From Parcubacteria group bacterium (GTDB lineage: Bacteria > Patescibacteriota > Minisyncoccia > Moranbacterales > UBA2206): a DNA stretch of 62,182 nucleotides. The notes beneath the pieces are model-generated. The model was not told the origin of the DNA. It saw only the letters and a list, made by a program, of their open reading frames with translations, and searched no databases. The stretch spans positions 1-62,182 of the forward strand of contig JBAYUI010000003.1 in the NCBI GenBank assembly GCA_041675165.1, written 5' to 3'. A program made the translations under genes and the position numbers. This document shows positions 58,590-62,182 of the stretch, piece after piece; position 1 is the first letter of the stretch, and every line of letters begins with the position of its first letter.

Positions 58590-58724
58590 TATAGCACACC
58601 GTCTCATCCACTGAGTTCAAGAATTAATTGACAGATCGACCATTCCTTGCTGTCATATAATGCCCCAAACAAAAAGCCAAAACCCCTCGCGGTTCTGGCT
58701 TTTTTTATTTTCACAAAGACATTT

Positions 58725-60344
58725 TCACTCCACGTGATATTTATGCTTAATCAATTTTTCTTCCTCTTTCTGTTCTTCTTTGATTTTTTCTTTCGCTTGT
58801 CTTCGCAAATCTTCGACATCTTCCTTGTCTAATTCCTTGGCGCGGGAAAGTAATTTCTCTTTGTCATTGAGATTAGCGTCTTCAATCACTTCTGCAAGTA
58901 ATACATCCAAAATAGTTCCAATCTTTGGTCCGGGTTTCATTTTGAGTTCGGACATCAAATCATTGCCATTGATTTTGAGCTGCTTGACTGACACCGCGTC
59001 ATGCGAAACTTTTTCCACCATGAATTTGAAATGGCGCAGCTTATACGGCACCGCTTTCGGTACGCCACTCCCCAATCGGTCAGCAATCCGCACGTCGATC
59101 AGATCATTGATGTTTTCCAAACCGACTTTCCGCACCACACGACGCACACCCGCTTCGCCCACTTCGTCGACGTTATAATAGAACATATGATTTCGCACAA
59201 GCAAAACTACTTTTTCAATGACTTTGGTCGAGAAGCGCAGTCTCTTCAAAATCTGTTCCGCCATCCGCGCGCCGACATATTCGTGATTGTAAAATGTAGC
59301 ATTCTCTCCTTGCCCCCGTTTCACATTTGGCTTCCCCACGTCATGCAGCAGCGCCGCCAAACGCACTTCTAATTTAGGCGATGGACATTTTTCCAGACTA
59401 GCGATGAGATGTTTATAAACTGTGTTGTAGGGACCATAATAATGATGATGGCTCTGTGTCACATCATACCCGATTTCAACTTCCGGCATGATAAATTGCA
59501 AAAGTCCGACTTCGTGCAACATCTCCATGCCCGCCGCCGGTGCCGGCGATAAAATTATTTTCTCAAATTCATCATGAATTCTTTCCTGCGAAATGTATTT
59601 TAAATTACCCGCATTCTTTTTGATAGCTGCAAAAGTATTTTCCTCAATGGTCCACCCCCTCCCCGTTGTATTCCCCTTCCCCTGTAACCAGGGGAAGGCT
59701 GGGATGGGGTTGTTGGGGAGGTGTCCCGACGTACTCGTTGGGACGGAGGGGTTGAGGAGTTGGCACGCGAACCGCACTGCCCGCATCATCCGAAGTGCAT
59801 CCTCATCAAATCTCTCCTCCGCCCCCCCCACTGCCCGAATAATTTTATTCTCCAAATCTTTTTGTCCGCCAAACAAATCAATCAACTCTAAGTCTGCCCC
59901 CTCCCCTGTACTCAGGGGAGGGCTGGGGAGGGGTTGAGAAGCGTCAGAAAAAATTTTCAGCGCCATCGCATTCATCGTAAAATCTCTGCGCGACAAATCT
60001 TCTTCCAAAGTATCGGCGAATTTAACTTCATCCGGATGCCGTTTATCGGAATATTTCGACTCGATCCGGTACGTTGTCACTTCCACCACGCCCAAATCTT
60101 CTTCTTTACCAGTCAGATATTTCACCGGCAACATCACTGTCCCAAATCCATTCTCATATTTACCATCCGGAAAAATTTGCAGCACATTTTCCGGCTTGGC
60201 TGAAGTCGCAATGTCCCAGTCCTGCGGCTCTTTTTGAAGTAGTATATCCCGCACGCAGCCGCCCACCAAATACGCCTCAAAACCAGCCTCTTCAAGAGCT
60301 GTCACGACTTTCTCAATATATTCTGGGATTTTTATCTTTTCCAT
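58725..60344 (-). CDS. cca: CCA-adding tRNA nucleotidyltransferase with HD domain, carrying in-frame palindromic inserts
   Basis: LVGGCVRD, DWDIAT, EVTTYR, DLSRRDFTMNAMA, RFDEDALRMMRAVRF, SQERI..E, LLHDVGKP. Confidence 0.93.
   Translation of the reverse strand: MEKIKIPEYIEKVVTALEEAGFEAYLVGGCVRDILLQKEPQDWDIATSAKPENVLQIFPDGKYENGFGTVMLPVKYLTGKEEDLGVVEVTTYRIESKYSDKRHPDEVKFADTLEEDLSRRDFTMNAMALKIFSDASQPLPSPPLSTGEGADLELIDLFGGQKDLENKIIRAVGGAEERFDEDALRMMRAVRFACQLLNPSVPTSTSGHLPNNPIPAFPWLQGKGNTTGRGWTIEENTFAAIKKNAGNLKYISQERIHDEFEKIILSPAPAAGMEMLHEVGLLQFIMPEVEIGYDVTQSHHHYYGPYNTVYKHLIASLEKCPSPKLEVRLAALLHDVGKPNVKRGQGENATFYNHEYVGARMAEQILKRLRFSTKVIEKVVLLVRNHMFYYNVDEVGEAGVRRVVRKVGLENINDLIDVRIADRLGSGVPKAVPYKLRHFKFMVEKVSHDAVSVKQLKINGNDLMSELKMKPGPKIGTILDVLLAEVIEDANLNDKEKLLSRAKELDKEDVEDLRRQAKEKIKEEQKEEEKLIKHKYHVE
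59655..59752 (-). repeat. Nested palindromic insert in cca (outer element containing a 39-nt inner element at 59673-59711)
   Basis: Coding strand cccctcc-gtccc..gggac-acctcccc [aaccccatcccagccttcccct-ggttac-aggggaagggg] ..ggggaggggg; encodes PSVPTSTSGHLPNNPIPAFPWLQGKGNTTGRG. Confidence 0.8.
59897..59935 (-). repeat. 39-nt palindromic insert in cca
   Basis: 33/39 identical to 59673-59711 with a compensatory C-G to T-A stem change; encodes QPLPSPPLSTGEG. Confidence 0.85.
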
Positions 60345-60460
60345 ATCCTTAAACTAACACGCCCCCCTTCTAAAATCAACTTACCCAGCTGCTTTACGCC
60401 CATTTTACATCCTGCCTATCCGCGTTATAATTTATATAATTAACTATTATTCAAATTAAT

Positions 60461-60925
60461 ATGCCTGACAACAAAAAATCCATCATCAAACTTTTTGAAG
60501 AGAATGAACTCAACATCAGTTTGCTTTATGATTTATATGCCAAACACATTCACACTAACAAAGATTTTTGGAAAAAACTTTCTTTGGAAGAAATCGCCCA
60601 CGCCAAGGCTATCGCCGAAGCCTTCAAAGAAATCCGCAGTGAAGAAGAATATTTCCAAGAGAACAATTTTTCCCGCGGCATTATAAAATATATCAGTGAC
60701 TTTGTGGCAGAAAAGATTATCGAAGCAGAAAACAATACGCCTACTCATATTGGAGCCATCGAGATTGCTCTCCGCGTCGAACAATCCATGCTGGAAAAAA
60801 AATGTTTCGAGATTTTCATCCCCACCGACGCCTCGCTGAAAAGTGTCCTGCAAAGACTTAACAAAGATACCGAGCGGCACGCCGCCAGCTTGCGAGAAGA
60901 ATTAAAGAAGTGCCAGAAGAAATAA
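60461..60925 (+). CDS. Ferritin-like (rubrerythrin-type four-helix) protein
   Basis: ENELNISLLY, EEIAH, VEQSMLE, DTERH carboxylate/His motifs. Confidence 0.7.
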   Translation: MPDNKKSIIKLFEENELNISLLYDLYAKHIHTNKDFWKKLSLEEIAHAKAIAEAFKEIRSEEEYFQENNFSRGIIKYISDFVAEKIIEAENNTPTHIGAIEIALRVEQSMLEKKCFEIFIPTDASLKSVLQRLNKDTERHAASLREELKKCQKK

Positions 60926-60945
60926 TTTCTTTAACTTTTAATCTG

Positions 60946-61017
60946 TGTCCTCACCAAGAATCGAACTTGGATCTAGGGCTTAGGAGTCCCTTGTTCTATC
61001 CGTTGAACTATGAGGAC
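60946..61017 (-). tRNA. tRNA-Arg(CCT)
   Basis: AGGGA-CTCCTAA-GCCCT cloverleaf. Confidence 0.93.
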
Positions 61018-61272
61018 AGTTTTAATTTAATTTTTTAACAGGCGCAAAGCCTGTTATTTTTTTTATTTCTCGATCAAATTTTTCATGCCAATTATACCCA
61101 GCAGCCGGAACTTCAATAATCTCCAAGCCTATCTCTTTTAGTTTAGCGCCACTTCATTAAGTTTTATGTCCTCTCCCCAAACATTTATTCCTTCCCCTAG
61201 TTTAAAATATTCCCGAGAATACATCCAACCAGGAATAAAAATAATCTTTTTGTTTTGATCCATAAATTTAAT

Positions 61273-61346
61273 TGGTGGACCCAGCGAGAATCGAACTCGC
61301 GCCTCCGCAATGCGAATGCGGCATTGTACCACTTAACTATGGGCCC
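61273..61346 (-). tRNA. tRNA-Ala(CGC)
   Basis: CCGCA-TTCGCAT-TGCGG; G3.U70; encoded CCA. Confidence 0.95.
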
Positions 61347-61364
61347 GATCCGATATTTTTGCTG

Positions 61365-61438
61365 TGGACGATACTGGACTCGAACCAGTGACCTTTCGAA
61401 TGTGAATCGAACGCTCTAACCAACTGAGCTAATCGTCC
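61365..61438 (-). tRNA. tRNA-Val(CAC)
   Basis: TTCGA-TTCACAT-TCGAA cloverleaf. Confidence 0.95.
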
Positions 61439-61452
61439 AAATATAAAAAACG

Positions 61453-61525
61453 TGGACCCTATCGGACTCGAACCGATCACCTCATCCATGCCATGGATGC
61501 GCTCTACCAGATGAGCTAAGGGCCC
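61453..61525 (-). tRNA. tRNA-Ala(GGC)
   Basis: CATCC-ATGGCAT-GGATG with the A32-U38 typical of Ala(GGC); G3.U70. Confidence 0.95.
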
Positions 61526-61616
61526 AAACTTTTTTTGCAACATTCTAATCATATTCGATTTATCGCGTACGGTCAATGGTTTTTTCACCGATTTAGGTTA
61601 TAATTGAAACACAGCT

Positions 61617-62182
61617 ATGAAAAAATACGCTTATAACCTTTGGAATAAAATCAAAAACCAAGCAGATATCTGGTTTTTCTTTGGATTTTTATTGACTTTT
61701 CCCTTGGGTGTCCGCAAAGTTCTTTTCTTCCACCCGATCCAAAAAGCCTTTAATGAATACGCCAGTGGATATCTTTATATCTCTGATATCTTTTTTATCT
61801 GCACTATCCTTAGTTTTATACTATTTTTATTATGCAACAATGATAGCTTTTTGTCAATTGGCACACTCCCGTCGCTTTCTACACCAAAAAAGGCTTATTT
61901 ATCTATTCCGCTATTATTAATCATTTTTTCTTTTGTTTCCATCTGCTGGTCGGATCATCGAGAGATAGCCATCTACCGATCCCTCAAACTACTCGAGGCT
62001 TATCTGATTTACGCCTATCTAATCATCCGCTTCATTCCATATCGATTGTTTCATATGAAACAATCAAAGAAACAAACAGAACAGTCTCAATCTAACTCAG
62101 TCACCAATGTTCCACGTGGAACATTGGATGCCTCTCGGGCACCTAAAAACAGTTACTTTTGTTCCGAAAAGAATAAGTCTGA
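61617..62182 (+). CDS. Polytopic membrane protein, 5' part only (O-antigen ligase-like suspected)
   Basis: Open frame from ATG 61617 to the window end (188 codons, no stop, absent from the ORF track); several TM segments; FNEY..LYISD. Confidence 0.55.
   Translation, partial: MKKYAYNLWNKIKNQADIWFFFGFLLTFPLGVRKVLFFHPIQKAFNEYASGYLYISDIFFICTILSFILFLLCNNDSFLSIGTLPSLSTPKKAYLSIPLLLIIFSFVSICWSDHREIAIYRSLKLLEAYLIYAYLIIRFIPYRLFHMKQSKKQTEQSQSNSVTNVPRGTLDASRAPKNSYFCSEKNKS
62047..62062. promoter_or_regulatory. parS-like palindrome
   Basis: tgtttcatatgaaaca (2 central mismatches to TGTTTCACGTGAAACA), within a 22-bp perfect palindrome. Confidence 0.6.
62108..62123. promoter_or_regulatory. parS centromere-like site
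   Basis: tgttccacgtggaaca fits the bacterial parS consensus; within a 24-bp perfect palindrome (62104-62127). Confidence 0.85.

Overview
62 kb of chromosome from a small-genome Patescibacteria/CPR bacterium. A Parcubacteria, possibly Moranbacteria-like, assignment is inferred from the pilin-like cluster, TrmB paralogues, HTH-LAGLIDADG-like ORF and short IF2. Code 11 is used. The core backbone is rpoB, msrAB, hup, rny, gpmI, clpP, tig, ppaC, nusA, groES/EL with CIRCE, infB-rbfA-nrnA, nfo, rplS, an RluA-family synthase, folD, fhs and a CCA-adding enzyme. There are 14 tRNA genes, one of them tRNA-Phe split by a 242-nt group I intron. Accessory DNA lies at 28-47 kb and 49-54 kb. Most notable unexplained structures: (1) three att-like hybrid repeats downstream of tRNA-Gly that cut a 6.4-kb region into integrase-less, cassette-like modules; (2) two ~145-nt palindromes with unrelated stems but shared loop motifs in front of fhs and folD; (3) frame-preserving palindromic elements, one nested in another, inside the CCA enzyme gene and nfo; (4) a toxin-first AbiE pair bracketed by two diverged nfo 3' ends; (5) two LAGLIDADG(-like) ORFs abutting tRNA 5' ends; (6) a ThiF-amidohydrolase-acyl-CoA-ligase-like operon; (7) parS sites inside a coding region at the window end. 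No CRISPR array, rRNA gene, integrase or transposase gene was recognised. All calls come from reading the sequence; no database searches were run.
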